Assembly (NCBI GenBank): GCA_034780895.1
Contig: JAUZTB010000011.1
Location: 35,988,624-36,052,623 of the forward strand
Source of the DNA: Rhynchobatus australiae
Taxonomy: Eukaryota
Direction of reading: 5' to 3'
Length of the DNA stretch: 64,000 nucleotides
The notes under the pieces were generated by a model. The model had not been told where the DNA came from. It made no database searches and was given only the letters and a program-made list of their open reading frames with translations. Each line of letters begins with the position of its first letter. Position 1 is the first letter of the stretch. Positions 1 to 13,480 of the stretch are shown here, one piece after another. The translations under genes were made by a program, and so were the position numbers.

Positions 1-804
1 TTCAAGGGTACAAAGTAATGGATAAGCATGCAATTGCAACACTCCATAGCTGAATGAAAGTTGAGATTACAACTATGGTAATAGAGATTACAGTTCAAAA
101 TACTGAACAAATTCACGTCCAGCAGTCCAATTGCTTGTATACTGAGGACATAGTAGTGTCATGGCTACATTACTGGACCAATGGTCTAAAGAATACTTTA
201 TTGCTGAGTAGGATAAATTTAGAATAGATTAAATGGTTCAAAACTAGTCAGCTGTGAGGTGTGAGCCAGTGATGGAACTAAATTGTATTCCCTCACAATC
301 TATAACATTGTGGTATTGTTCACTGCTCAGTTTACCATTGCTGCTACTGATCAACGGGTCAATAGCTCCAGGCATACCTAACTATTAGATTCCAATCTAA
401 GAAGACCATAATACCCAATTATATATATTCTAAACAGCAGAGGTAGGGCGCCATAGGCAGTGTCAAGTCATTCTACAATCGCCAAAATAGATAAAAACTG
501 CCACATTCTGATGTAAATAGTGGTGAACAATTAAACCACAAATATAGAACAAAGCAGATGAGTACAAAAGATGAAATGTTAGCAGCCAGCTTTATCCAAT
601 TGTATTGAATGGAAGATCCATCTTGGCTTCCTTCTGAGGGTCCCACTGTCACAAAGCCAGTCTTCACCATCAACATCTGAAGTGGGGATCGAGAGGAAAT
701 GATGACCTTCGATCAGAAATATAACTATAAGCATTGTGCTCAAAAGAACAGTTCAGAAGTTAGATAGTCTACACAGCCCGAATATGATTTGTGATGGACT
801 AGGG

Positions 805-1240
805 GTACAATACCGTGGAGGTTAAATTACTGGATTAGCATCCTGATGACTAGACCATTAACCCAGGTAAATGAGTTTGAATCCCACATGGTAGATGGAG
901 AATTTAAATTCAAGTAATTAAGTGAAATGAAAAATGCTACATTCTGTAAAGTTTGGATGAAACTGGTAATGATAATTATGAAGCCCCTGGATTGTTGTAT
1001 CAACCCATGTCATTCACAAATGTCCTTTGGAAGGAAATTCACCATCCTTACCTTATTTGACCTATATGCAACTCCCGGCCCACAATGAGTCTTCTCTTCT
1101 CAGGGGTGGACAATATCTTTCTCAAAATATCTGCAAAGATAGTAGTGTTCATGGTTATTTATACACAAATGCCACAACTTCAAGTGTGTGGGGAGGTGCA
1201 ATTAAACAAGGATATTAGTATTAGTGATCCAACATTCTTA
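805..1240 (+). mobile_element. Decayed chondrichthyan tRNA-derived SINE
   Basis: B-box-like GAGTTTGAATCCC, then GAATTTAAATTCAA and CCTTTGGAAGGAAATTCACCATCCTTACC, which are shared with copies at ~16470 and ~39050. Confidence 0.65.
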
Positions 1241-3209
1241 CATTAGCTTCTCAAAACCAACGTCTTGGTTTCCACAAATACATAAGATGATGTAAAATTT
1301 CATGTACTTGCACAATTGGTCTGAAGTAAGCACACAAAGAATAATAAGTAAAATCATTTCACATCTAAGTACTCTTTCAGTGATGTGATAAGTGTGAATT
1401 ACTGCCAGTCGATCTCCCTGACAGTGAAAACTACCACCACTCTGGTCTCATTTTTTCCGGATTTTGCTTGAGCTTGGAGATTTAATTCTTCCTCTTTTCT
1501 CTTAAACCTACAACTGTGCTTCAGTCTGGATGTTTAAGGAGATATGTAATTGAGTACCCTGTCNNNNNNNNNNNNNNNNNNNNNNNNNNNNNNNNNNNNN
1601 NNNNNNNNNNNNNNNNNNNNNNNNNNNNNNNNNNNNNNNNNNNNNNNNNNNNNNNNNNNNNNNGTCAACTCGGATCCCAGTTGCCTGAATTGCACCACAC
1701 CATTTCCATCTAGCTCTTCCAGCAACTTTCAGTTTAAAATACTGCTACCATTAAATGGACAAGAGCAAATCTATTGACCTGACACCAGAAATGTGGACAT
1801 AACACTTGCCTGACGTAATGACGTTTTGCCTAGCAAGTTAGATCACAAAAATTGGTTCAACTCAAAGAGCTCCATTTCAAATATGTTGCCCAGCAATTTA
1901 GTGGAAGTTTTCTGTTGTGTTTTAGCACTTCCATGTTTCCTTATCATACCTTTTGATATATTCCACAGGAGGCTGTTATGACAAAGCCACAGAGAGAGTA
2001 AATACCACTTCAGTTAGGAATAAATCAAGTAAATCAAACATTATGACAAGTGCAGATATAGTTATTCATCCACTAGACAGACAGAAAAGTGATTTATGCA
2101 TCAGAAGGACTGATGTTTTACTTGCTTTGTATTAGAAGGTGTGTGTAAGAATTTTTAAGTTGCACAAAATTACATCATTCAGACAACATGAAATGTGCTA
2201 GGCTTGCTTCAGATGAAATCTCCACTTCTGTGATTCGAGGTAGCTTCTATTTCATATAGACTCAAATAGTTGCAAAGTTCTGTAATCAGCAATGCAAAAA
2301 AGGGTGCAATGTATTGAAAGAGAACATGTTTGGCACAGTGACGAATAAGTCTTAAACCCATTTGTTGTTCAAAGCATTTATATTTTTAAAAAATGGTCCT
2401 GATAGATTTGAAGGTAACTGCTTCACTTAAATTATTTAGTAATTGAGGTAGATAACATTGAAGTCTTAATTTTTATTTTGAGAAAGAACTATTCCTCCCA
2501 ACTGTGAAAACTCGCAATGCCACTTCATTATATTTTACCATGAAGGCACTGGTGCCATTCTCTGATCACCTTCATTCAACAAAGTAAAATATTTCATGTT
2601 CACCATGATGAATAAAACTTTCTTACTTAAATCCATTCAGATCTGCATTACAAAGCAAATGCAGGGTACCTTAAAAACAATTGTGAGTGGCATTATTTAA
2701 AAATTACTATACTGAAAAGCAATACGTAAACACAAATATAACTCAATTAAAGGTGCATTAGCCTGGAGTTTCTATTTGCATTACTAGAAACTTAAAGAAT
2801 CCCAAGAGCAGCAGATAGTGAAATACAATTCAGTTCCAATTTACCATGCCCTCGAATGTTAGGACAGAGGATTTCATCCATGATCTAAACCATGTTACTG
2901 TGCTGAACAGATGTCAGGCCACCCCCAGTTAAGAGGAAGGATAATCAGAAGATCAATCACCTCACACAAGCCGTTTACAGAGCCCCACTGAAAGAGGAAG
3001 GTAGCAGGCTGGTCTCTCAGCCATTGCCTATTGTTGAAAACATTGCCAATATTCTCGGAAAAGGAATGAAGAAAATACTTGTCTGAAACAAGAAAGAAAA
3101 TAATGAACTTGTAAACATAAAACTGTTTGTGATGCTATCTTGTGGGCTCTAATAATGCTAGCCAAAAATTTTGGTGCACTGGATTTTGACTTGATTTAGT
3201 ACATTGATC

Positions 3210-3560
3210 TTGGCATTAGCTTTGTTCCATTGGTCTACTTTCACCTCAGATCAGAAGGGCATGGGTTCAAACTCCACTCCTATAGTTCAGTATGTTGTCA
3301 AGATTGAAATCTCAGTTCAGACTGAGCAAAATGCTCTTTTGGGAAAAATAGTATCCTTTAATATTTAACTTGGGGCTTGTTCAGGTGGATCCCCTGCAGT
3401 ATTCAAAGAATAGTGTTTCCCTGCTGCATTAGCCAATATATCTATCAGCTCCTTCAATTTACACTGTCCGTAATTAGTTTGTGGAATGTTAATGTGTGAA
3501 AGCAGTAGTAACTATAGCCATACATTTCAAATAACTTCACTTTGAGATTTATGAAGAGAT
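3210..3560 (+). mobile_element. Decayed Deu-domain SINE (SacSINE/AmnSINE-like)
   Basis: tRNA-like head (CCTCAGATCAGAAGGGCATGGGTTCAAACTCCACTCC), TTCAGGTGGAT, and Deu-like GCCAATATATCTATC...TTTGTGGAATGTT. Confidence 0.55.
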
Positions 3561-5541
3561 CTTATTTGGATTCAGTGACTAACCAGAAAATAGATTTGAT
3601 TGTCCCAAACTGCGCTACAGCAAACAATTTATATCCAAACAAAAATCACTTGTTATATTGGTGAATGTGTCAGTTAATTGATAGAATTATTGTCTACTCA
3701 AGATATCTCTGTCTCCCAATTCTCCTAATCACTGATTGTTGAAAGATTGTTTACTCTCCTTGTGTCAGATGAATTTATCCAAACAGCTGTTTCTGCTTTT
3801 ATTTTGGTTTCAATTTACTATTTTTCACTGTGTTTTTATAAGGAAATCAATTTACTGCCACTAACATACTTTGGTGAAATTGTGGATGAAACTACAGCAT
3901 TGGGTATGGAAGGGAATATGGAAAATGGAAGTTAATACACACAGTAAACTCCCTTAGTACTATCTGACTAGCTAATTTGGAGTTTCTCATGCTTGACATT
4001 GTTTATATCAACAACACATTGAACTTTGATACAATTAACATGTTGCAGAATGTATCGAATCTTTGTACGACTACATTGTTGATATGATGAACGTGAGCTC
4101 ACATATTTTACAATAAATCTCTTTTAAATAAAGTATAGTTATTTTCTTAATCTTTTAGAAAAAGCCATTAACAAAATTGGTCTGATTTCTTTGACATATA
4201 AGTTTTAAGTATATTAACAAGATTTTCTTGGGTTTATCTGGTAAATTAATACATTTCCCTTAACAGCAGGATGAAATATGTCAAATTTTAGTAGCTTAAC
4301 ATGTGTTTGTGTTTATCCTGAACAAAATTCCTTTCTTAGGTTCTCATACGTCAAATGAAACAATATCCCTTTCTGCAAGCTGTATATCAAAAGGAACTAA
4401 ACGAGGGTTGCAATTATACTGACCTGCAACTGGTAGCTGTAAAGCTGTACCTGTCTGTGATTTGCAGTCTGTCTGTTAGCAAGGTCTGCAATGCATGTCT
4501 GTGTACAAGTATAGGTAGGCTTTCATTTCTTCTGGGGATTATCTTAATTTTGGAGGAAATAATGATAATCACTGTAAAGAATGGGGTTAATATCAGCAGG
4601 TCCAGAATTTGTAGTAAGGATGAAGTATATTTTTGGAAGCTTATGATATATTTATTTAGAATAGAATATCAGGTTGATGGGCTTAGACTCAGGATTTCTC
4701 CACAAAAATCCTAAAGATTTATTTATGGATGCTCTGCTTTTCTGGGCCATGAGATAAATGCTGGCAGGGCACAACTGAAAGTAAATTAAGCAAAGAATCT
4801 CTGGGGTGGTGGTGGTGGTGGGGGNNNNNNNNNNNNNNNNNNNNNNNNNNNNNNNNNNNNNNNNNNNNNNNNNNNNNNNNNNNNNNNNNNNNNNNNNNNN
4901 NNNNNNNNNNNNNNNNNNNNNNNNTGGTGGTGGTGGTGGGGGACAAGCACATAATCTGAAATGAATTGACCACTAAGGATGGTGGTCAGTCTAGACTGGC
5001 AAGAAGACTAGACTTCAGCAATTAGTTAAGAATAATTAGGAAGAAAGTTAAAATTGGGCTGGGTGGTCATTTGAGGATTATGAAGTTGGGACTGTGTCCA
5101 TGCACTTGCCAAATGTATTAAAACAGACCAAAAGTGTGAGCAATGAAGGAAAGCAGATAAGAGTATACCAAAGCAGAACATTTGTAGTGCTTGTCATTAA
5201 GATTTTGGGCCATGGAAATAATATGAAATGAACTGAATTCAACATTCTGGATACTTCTGAGGTTTTGTTAATTTGCTCTTCTGAAATGTCTGTGTTTCTT
5301 TCCTGCAATATGAATAATTAAATAATGTTGTGATATTGAAAAGATTAAAACACTGATATTTTAGGTTATTCCTTTAAGACAAAAAAATATGCCATAATTA
5401 TCTGTAGCTAATTTAGAACAATAAAGATCGTTGCGTAGACTTACAAATGTTAATTGCAACCCTTAATTTTGAATGTGCTCTCCACATATTTTCGCGGGTT
5501 TCCACTGTGGCCTAAACAAACGGTGTCACGTACTGCCTCTG

Positions 5542-5560
5542 TTAGCACTAGATGGCGGTA
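5542..5560 (+). promoter_or_regulatory. Candidate CTCF site
   Basis: TTAGCACTAGATGGCGGTA closely matches the CTCF core CCASYAGRKGGCRS. Confidence 0.6.
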
Positions 5561-5844
5561 AAGACTTAAGCAATTAGTCTTTGAGGATCATTTATTCCCT
5601 CTCCAGGCAGACGAATGTGAATCGGGTATGTTTGGGAAAATATTAAATTTAAGAATCGATTTTTATATGTTTAAGGTGGCAATAATATCTTAAGGTTTTT
5701 TTTTCAAACAAGTCCTGGCAGTTGATTTTTATCTAAGATCATAATGTTAGTATTCTAATAGGCTAATAAAGGTTAATTGACAATTAACATTTAAAATAAT
5801 CTTAGTGTAATATATAAAAAAACAAAATACTGCGTCAGCTAAGA

Positions 5845-6720
5845 TTAGAAAGAAAACCAGAAAATGTCAATACTCAATTAGTCAGACAGCATCTGGGAAG
5901 GGAGAAAGAGACTTAACGTTTCAACTTGGTGACCTTTTGTCAAGACTGGAAGCTGTTAAGCGATAAAACAAATATTAAGATCCAGGGTGAATACAATTGT
6001 GGATTTGGGGGAGAAGGGCCAGAAGGAAAGGTCTGTGATGAAGTGGAAGGCAGAAGAGATTAAATGATGAATGGGAATCCGGTGAAAAACATGAGACAAA
6101 TAAATAAACTAACGATGAATCTTGAGAGGATGTAAAGGGGAACAGTAGAATCATTAATTGACATTGTTGAACACGATGTCTGTTATGTGACCTGTCAAAA
6201 GACGAGGTGCTGTTACTTGAGCTTACACTGAACTTCAAGGGAACAGTATAGGAGGCTGAGGAAAGAGTGGTCAGAGTTCCACTGGGATAAAGAATTACAA
6301 TGGCAGGTGGCCCAAGCTCTGGGCTGCGCTCATGAATTGAGCAGAGGTGATCTGTAGAGCACTCGCCCTATCCAGTTAGACTCTCCAGTGTAGAAAAGAG
6401 CAAATTGCTAACATCAAATACAGAATGCTACATGGAGAGGAGTAAATCGCGGCTTCACTCCGAAGATAATTTTGAAGCTTTGGATGGTGGAAATGAAAGG
6501 GGTAAAGGGGCAAATGTTGCATCAGCCCAGAATTGAAGAGGGATGCGGAGGAGTTACCGGGATGACGGAAGAGTGGGCCATGGAGGGATTAGTCTCGAGA
6601 AACTAAAGGGGAAAGGGAGGGGTCATTATGTTTGGTGGTAGCATCGTGTTAGCGACGTCAGAAATAGTGCAGGATGATTCGTTGAATGTGAAGGCCGGGA
6701 GAGTGTGAGGTGACTCTACT
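5845..6720 (-). mobile_element. Penelope-like element remnant (GIY-YIG end plus terminal repeat)
   Basis: The minus strand around 6290-6420 reads degenerate LFYTGES.../DHLCSIHERSPEL (compare YIGETKRRLGDRFAEHLRS). The terminal motif AGAAAATG...ACTCA...GTCAGACAGCATCTG lies at 5860-5895. Confidence 0.7.
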
Positions 6721-9700
6721 AATTTGATACGATTGTTTACCACACATAATCCATTTCATATTTCACAATTTAAAAAAAAAGTTCTGTTTTAAATATACAT
6801 ATACATCTGGAAAAAATTGCTACACTCCAAAGCGTGATGTTAAAACATTTTACATTTCCAATTAACACTACCCGTTAAGAATAAAAATCAAGAGACTTGT
6901 AAAGTAATTCTTTACAATTTACATAAACACTTGGTTTATGATTAGATTGTTTAGATGTCGAATATTTGTCAAATTTCTATAATCTGTAGTGTTTATCTTT
7001 CGAATTTGAATATTTACTCTTGAGCCTTATTTTTCTGATTTGTCTTTTTTTTTGTAAGCGGTTATTCTAAACACGACAAGGCTTCCTTGTGTCTCTGGGG
7101 ACTGGTTCAGTGAGTGAGACCAGACTAGATCGTTAAGGATGATTGATGGGTCTGAATTTACATTCGTATGTATGGGATCAGAGAAAACAAGAAGGAATTG
7201 ATATGATGAAGAAAAATGCACTGAAAAGCACTCATATCTCCTCTTTCCAAGATATTACAATTGTCAAAACATAAACACGTACCTTTAAGAGCAAATCTGA
7301 AATTCTAGCGCGTTCTCCTTTAAGAATTTATTCTTTTCGCATGAATATTTAAAGCTATACTCACTGCATAGATGACGTTTGCAAAAAAAAATCAAACAGG
7401 ACTGGGGTAATATCGAAATAAACAGTTCCGCAGGAAAATAACATCTAACTTTGCTTTTATTGCAATGAATTTAGACTTCATCCTGCGTAATATTAATTAG
7501 TAGCTTCTGTCCGATGTCCCCGGCTCCATTCTCGTTTAAACAGATTTGTCGTTTCCATAACAAAGCAGAATCCCTTCATTCTGTAGATCTCCAAAGACCT
7601 GTTGTATACTTTTGAGTGCCAGTTCAAATAAAGCACACGGAATTTTCAGCCCGACTTCGTTATGTGCAAGTGTGGTGACTCTCCCATTTTAATTTGTTAG
7701 GACGTTTATTGTGAAAGCTTGCCTGATTGGAAAATCTGCTAAAACATTTCCAAGTCGTAGTCCAATGCTACTGAGCACGGAACAGTTCAACAATCGGTGA
7801 GTGAAAGAGGCCAAGTACATGTTCGGTCTGTTTTATTATTATTGAATTTTTTTTAGGTTTTTATCCTATTTAACACGGTTTATAAATACCCAGAAAAAAA
7901 GGTAAGGAAAGAAAGATTAATCTCCATTTAGTGTTTGGGTCCTTTAAAAAGAACTGCCTCAGCACTGGGCATTCTCTGTAAAACAGTATGGGTTGCAGAA
8001 CCTCTTCTAAGAAAATGTCCTTCCGTGGAGTAAATCGGATAACCTGAGTTTTTTTTAACACAGATGCACTTCGTCTGTATTGCAGATTTTTGACTCTAAG
8101 ATAACAGGTCCGTTGTTTACTTGATCGCCAATGACGTCGTTGTGGGCTCTAATTTTAATTTATTAAGATGAATAGACTGTTTGTTAAACCATTTTGGTAC
8201 CTCTGTCTCAACTCTGATATTATCACTAAGGGGTTCCCCCCAGCATCAGGACTTCATTTTATTAAATAGAAATCTAAGTCGAAACGTCCCAATTAGTCAC
8301 AAGAAACTATGTTTAATCATGAAGGAACTAAAGGAACACCCCTGCCACCGACGCCCCCCATGTAGTTTAGATAGAAATCCCTTTGCCATTAATAGAAGCG
8401 GTTATAAGAACGTTTTAAATTGGCGCCTATCTAAACTGCGCTCTAGTTGTCATTGGTAAGAGGTAGGATTGGACTGGACATGTGAATGTATTGTCAATGT
8501 AATTCTCCCATATAGGCTCTGCATTTTATGTTCAAAGTTAAGAACACAAGCTGAAAAGGCCTATAAGACTTCAGAACAGAAATTTCTGCTGTATTATTGG
8601 TCGGACTGCACAATATGTATTATATTGCTCAGCCTTCCAAGGGAAAAGTTAGAGTAACTCAGGGGAAGATGTTATAAAATCAAGCGCTGGCTTTAAAACA
8701 GATTGAAAACTTAAAAATCCAGCGCGGTCATAATTTATTCCAATCTGCTTCCTTCGAATGAGAAGTATCTGGTGCTTTGATCTGAGGCACGGAGCAGAGC
8801 AAATTTTCTTAATTCATTTGTTGACTGTAGTTTTCTATTTCTGATGACACATGAGGTGCTGGGAAAGGTTACAAAAAACAATGCAAGAGTGAGGGGAATC
8901 CCGTTGTTATTTGATGGTTTCCGTCCCTGAATGTGCCATAAACGAAAAAAAAGTTATTAATTCCACCCGTGCGAGGTAAGTTCACAATCTTTAACATCGT
9001 TGGCACGAGGTCTTCCAAATCGGTACTGATGCTGTTTTTTTTCTTGAGGTTTCCTTCATTTGAATAACGGGGTCTTGATTTCAGTATGGTTGTCTTTTGT
9101 AATTTATTTTCAACTTATTTTTTTCTCTAAGATAAGTTTTAAAGAATTCAAATTGTCGTTTCCGGCTCAATATTTCCGATAAAACGTAATCTGTGCAAAA
9201 GACTCATGGTAATGGGCTGATTCTCTCTCAGCCTTAATACTGGGTGTAAAAGGTAAACTGAAAGGTAGAGCATTGCTGAAGATTGAAAGTGGACATATGT
9301 GACCTTGTAGCATTTTAACGGGTTCAGAGTTAAGCTCCTACTAAAGGGACAACCGCAGAAAGCCGGTCACCATGGTATCAGATAAAGGTGGAATCCGCAG
9401 ACTCTGGTTTTCCCGCAGTGATAAGATAGACCTACGGAATCCTTTATTGATTGTACCCTTTGATCATTAAGTAACTATCCGGCTAAGTTCTACTGAGAGA
9501 TCACTTGAGAACGGACAGTCGGGGAAACTTAACCAAGTTACAAAGGTCTGTAAGCGGATCATTAAAGATCTATGGGGCAATAATATCATTCCGGAATATA
9601 AGACACAATTAAAGAGGGTCGCTTTCAGGAATTGTCTTCTTTAAACGTATCAAATCTCACAATTGACCGAGTTTTTGAATTGCTCTCCTCGGGTTTTCCA

Positions 9701-12700
9701 AAATATTCAACGTGGTTAAATCCTCAGAATAAGGATTTCCAAGCTTTGAAGTGCCGCTGTTCTTTAGAAAGAGCAGGAAACTCGAAAAAAAATACAATAC
9801 GGAAATGTACCAGCGATTGGTACACCAAACAGCTACATTAGCTTTATGTTTTTGGATAACCGGAAAAGTTTTGCGGTTTGGCAACCCTACAGACTGTTTT
9901 TTTTTGACACTTGGCAATTTCGGATTTGCCCTGGTGTGTTTCTTCCTGACAAAGAACCACTGGGAGGTCATGTGACATACTGACAGGTCACAGAAAAAGC
10001 TGATAAATATAGGCCGTCCCAAATCCCTTGACAGCCACGTTGAAACAGCGAAGGATTTCGGGACTTGTAGTTATTAAATGAAGAGGGAAATAAATGTCAC
10101 GAGAACTTTTAATGGCCAATGAACTGAAAATGACCTTGTTTATGTAGAGTGAATGTGATGCATCGTAGTTGCAGGATAAATAGTAGTGGTGGTATTTTAA
10201 AGTATTTTAATTGTAAAACAATACAAAATACGTAGAAAAATTGCAAAGTGACAGCGGATCTCAAGAATTACTAGTAATAGACATGGTATCATTTAAAGTA
10301 CTTGCTTCCTCGTCAGTTGTTGTTTCCAACAGATACCTTGAAAACTCTGCGGCGAGTCCCTGGGGATTGGTATCGATGGGTGAAGATCCACAGAACAGGG
10401 ATTTATCCTTTGATCGTTCGAGATCCACTGGTAACGATTGGCTGCTGTTGTCAGAACCCNNNNNNNCTCAGAAGATCCATTCTAATCCCCAGTCATCGAT
10501 CTGTACGTTTCGTCTCATTTTACACCGAATCCCTTCAGCTCAGAGTCAATCAGTCTTCCACAGCATCCGAAAGCTCACAGCAGATAATCTAAAAATCGTG
10601 ACCAACACTAATCTTCTGACACGTTTAGTAGGCGTTTAAAATGTTTAATTTATGCGCCTGCATCGCAGAAAATTGGGACATTTATTTCTAGATTGCCTGT
10701 CTTTTGATTTAATGTTGTACAGGAATGTCGTTGATGTCATGTACTCATTCAAATAAATGACATGCTATACATAAAAAGTATAGAAATAGTTTAGCAACAA
10801 ACCTAACGTTTCAAATAACACTAAACGTTTTTCTTCTGATATGAATGTCCATCTGTCTGTCTGTCTGTCTGACTGTCTCTCTCTCTATCTATCATCAATC
10901 GGAAATCTGTGTGTCCATTTGATGGAAAGTTACCCATCTTTGTTCACTTTCTTTAGTTGGCTGATACGCTGTTTGAAGGCCGCCCTTAATTTTGGTAAAG
11001 AGTGCACCTCTAATTCTCCTGTTTCACCACTGCCTCAGTAAACAGCTGTTTTACGCAGTGGCAGTAAACTGTCCGGCCGTTGCCCCTCGAAATCATAATT
11101 TCTTACAATCACTTGGAGATTTCGATTAACAACTCGCTGCAAATACTCGCGAACCGGCAGTTCACGCACGTACTACTGAGGAATCCGTGCATACCCTGCG
11201 GCCTGCTAGATCGTGTAAGATTTCAAAAGGAGACACTCTGTGTGTTCTTGAACTAAACGTCTGCCCCCCAAATATCCTAAGATAGACTCTGCACCTGTTT
11301 GAAGTATAGAGGGGCCTGTTTCGCTGATCAGCGGGGAATTTTACCTTGGTGCGTCATTGGTGTGGGCATGTGACGTTTGGTGAAGAGTGCAGTGATAAGC
11401 TTGATGCTACCGATAGCTCCTGTCATTTATTTCACTCCCCGCTCCACGTTCAGTTCAGTTGCCGCAGTGACAGGCAGGGGTGCCGATAATTTGCCAGCTC
11501 GTGGGATCTCGCTTCCGTTTGAGAGATTCATCTATAGAAACGTCTCAAATTCGGAATGTAAACCAGAAAAGAGATACTTTTGCAGAACTGTGGGTGGGTG
11601 GGTACCATTGTACATTGAACATGTATTCCCACACAGTGTAGAATGTGGCTTTCCTGCTGGCTTTCCGGTTGCTGTGTGGTTTTGCTACTGGTGACAACAC
11701 GTATCCTGAGTGATGGACCGCAGGGTTCCTTAAAATCCCGGAGCCAACGACGTGCACCTTAGCAATCTTCACTTGCACGTATCTTTTTTTTTCCATGCCT
11801 TATCACTATCTTTTGCAATTCTTAGCACATCCGAATATAAAGCTGCCGAGTCCCTACGAGCACAATGGTGAAAAACAGCCCCTCGCTTGTTTATATCCAA
11901 CATTGATTGCAACTGTTTATTTGCCAGCTGCAGAGCCTTGCTCCATCTAGTTAGGCAAGCTACAGAATGCAGCGTGTTATTATAAACCGATCTGCATTTA
12001 TCTCCACACTCACGTACACCATAACAAATAGAATGCACGTCTTGGTTGACCTTTGACAAGACCTAAAGACTCGGGAGGAAAATCCTCGTGACTTTCCTGT
12101 CGCACCGACATCACCCATATGCTAAAAATGAAAGTAATGTGCTACTGGTTGAAATGATGGGAAGCGCGCCCGGAATGGACCCTGCCAAGCGCCTGAAGAG
12201 AACAGCCGCTCGCATTTTATGAGCGTGTCCCCATCAATCACCCCGCCGGGCCGAAAGGGATGTTTCAGAAATGATGCTATACTTGGCACATGAGGCCGGC
12301 TTATTTCAAATTAAATCAGGCTGTGAAGTGAAGGTGGGGGTGGNNNNNNNNNNACTATCACAACAGTGGGTTTGTTGTTTTGGTGGGGGTGGGGTTGGTG
12401 ACTGTTGTTGGGGAGAGGGCGGGAGATTTAAAAGAGGACACGCGGGGGGACGCATGAAACGCCGTTCTGCCAGGAGTTGTGCAAACCGTGGCAGAATGAA
12501 CGCAGAACTGAGTCCAGTGATGTCCCTGATGTCAAGCTAATGTCCAGTGGAGAACATATGATCGGGGCTGTCGTGATCACAGGTGGGGAGGAGGGGAGGA
12601 CGCACAGTTTAATACAGTAGATTTGAATCGAGATTGAAAGCAGCATAGAGTCTGCAACATGATCCCCTCGACACTGGGGCTAACTTTACCATTACAAAGC

Positions 12701-13480
12701 AAGGGGTTGGGTTGCTTTGCACCCTCTACCACAAATGCACGTCCCTCATCTGATGACACAGCCACGTTGCCAAAAGTCTCCTGTAGAATATTTCCGATCG
12801 ATGGCGATGTCGGGTCGGGGACGTGCAACTGAAGAGCACCAGTTGTATAATCCGGCGCAATTCAAATGATTCTAATGTTGACCTGAGGTTTCTTTCCCCC
12901 CCAGCTTGCAATTGGAGTGGACATCTGGCTATTGAGTATGCGCCCTCGCCACCAGCCCTCACTTGATGCCAGTGAGCAAAGATACCATCGAATATATGAG
13001 TGAACGTGATCTTCTTGCAGGGTAGAAATAAAGAAGGCCGTCGTTTAACTGAACGAGAAACATGAACGCAGCTCGTAATGAGTCGACATGGGTTCAGTGC
13101 TATTCATAACACACGAGTGTGATTAAGAGGACGCGAGGAAACATTGCAACATTTTGACATCGTGGTCACACATCCGCAAAGTCCCTGTGCAGTTTGGAAG
13201 TTTTGTGTTTAAAAAAAAAATTCTTGTTCAACATCCGAAACGTATTAGCTCGTTATGTAAAATCACAGATGAATTCAGTTTTCTGTGAAAGTACGCAGCC
13301 GGTCCCACAGATTCAGATTCTAGAAACCGCATTGAACTCACACTTTCTACATTCCTGGCGAAGCTGCTGTAATCCAGTCACTTGGAGTATCACAAGAATT
13401 ACAAACTTGGCGTAACATTGTGAATGACTTTGCCTTAGACATTAGACTTCCAAAATGAATGTGGGGGAAAAATGCAGTTG

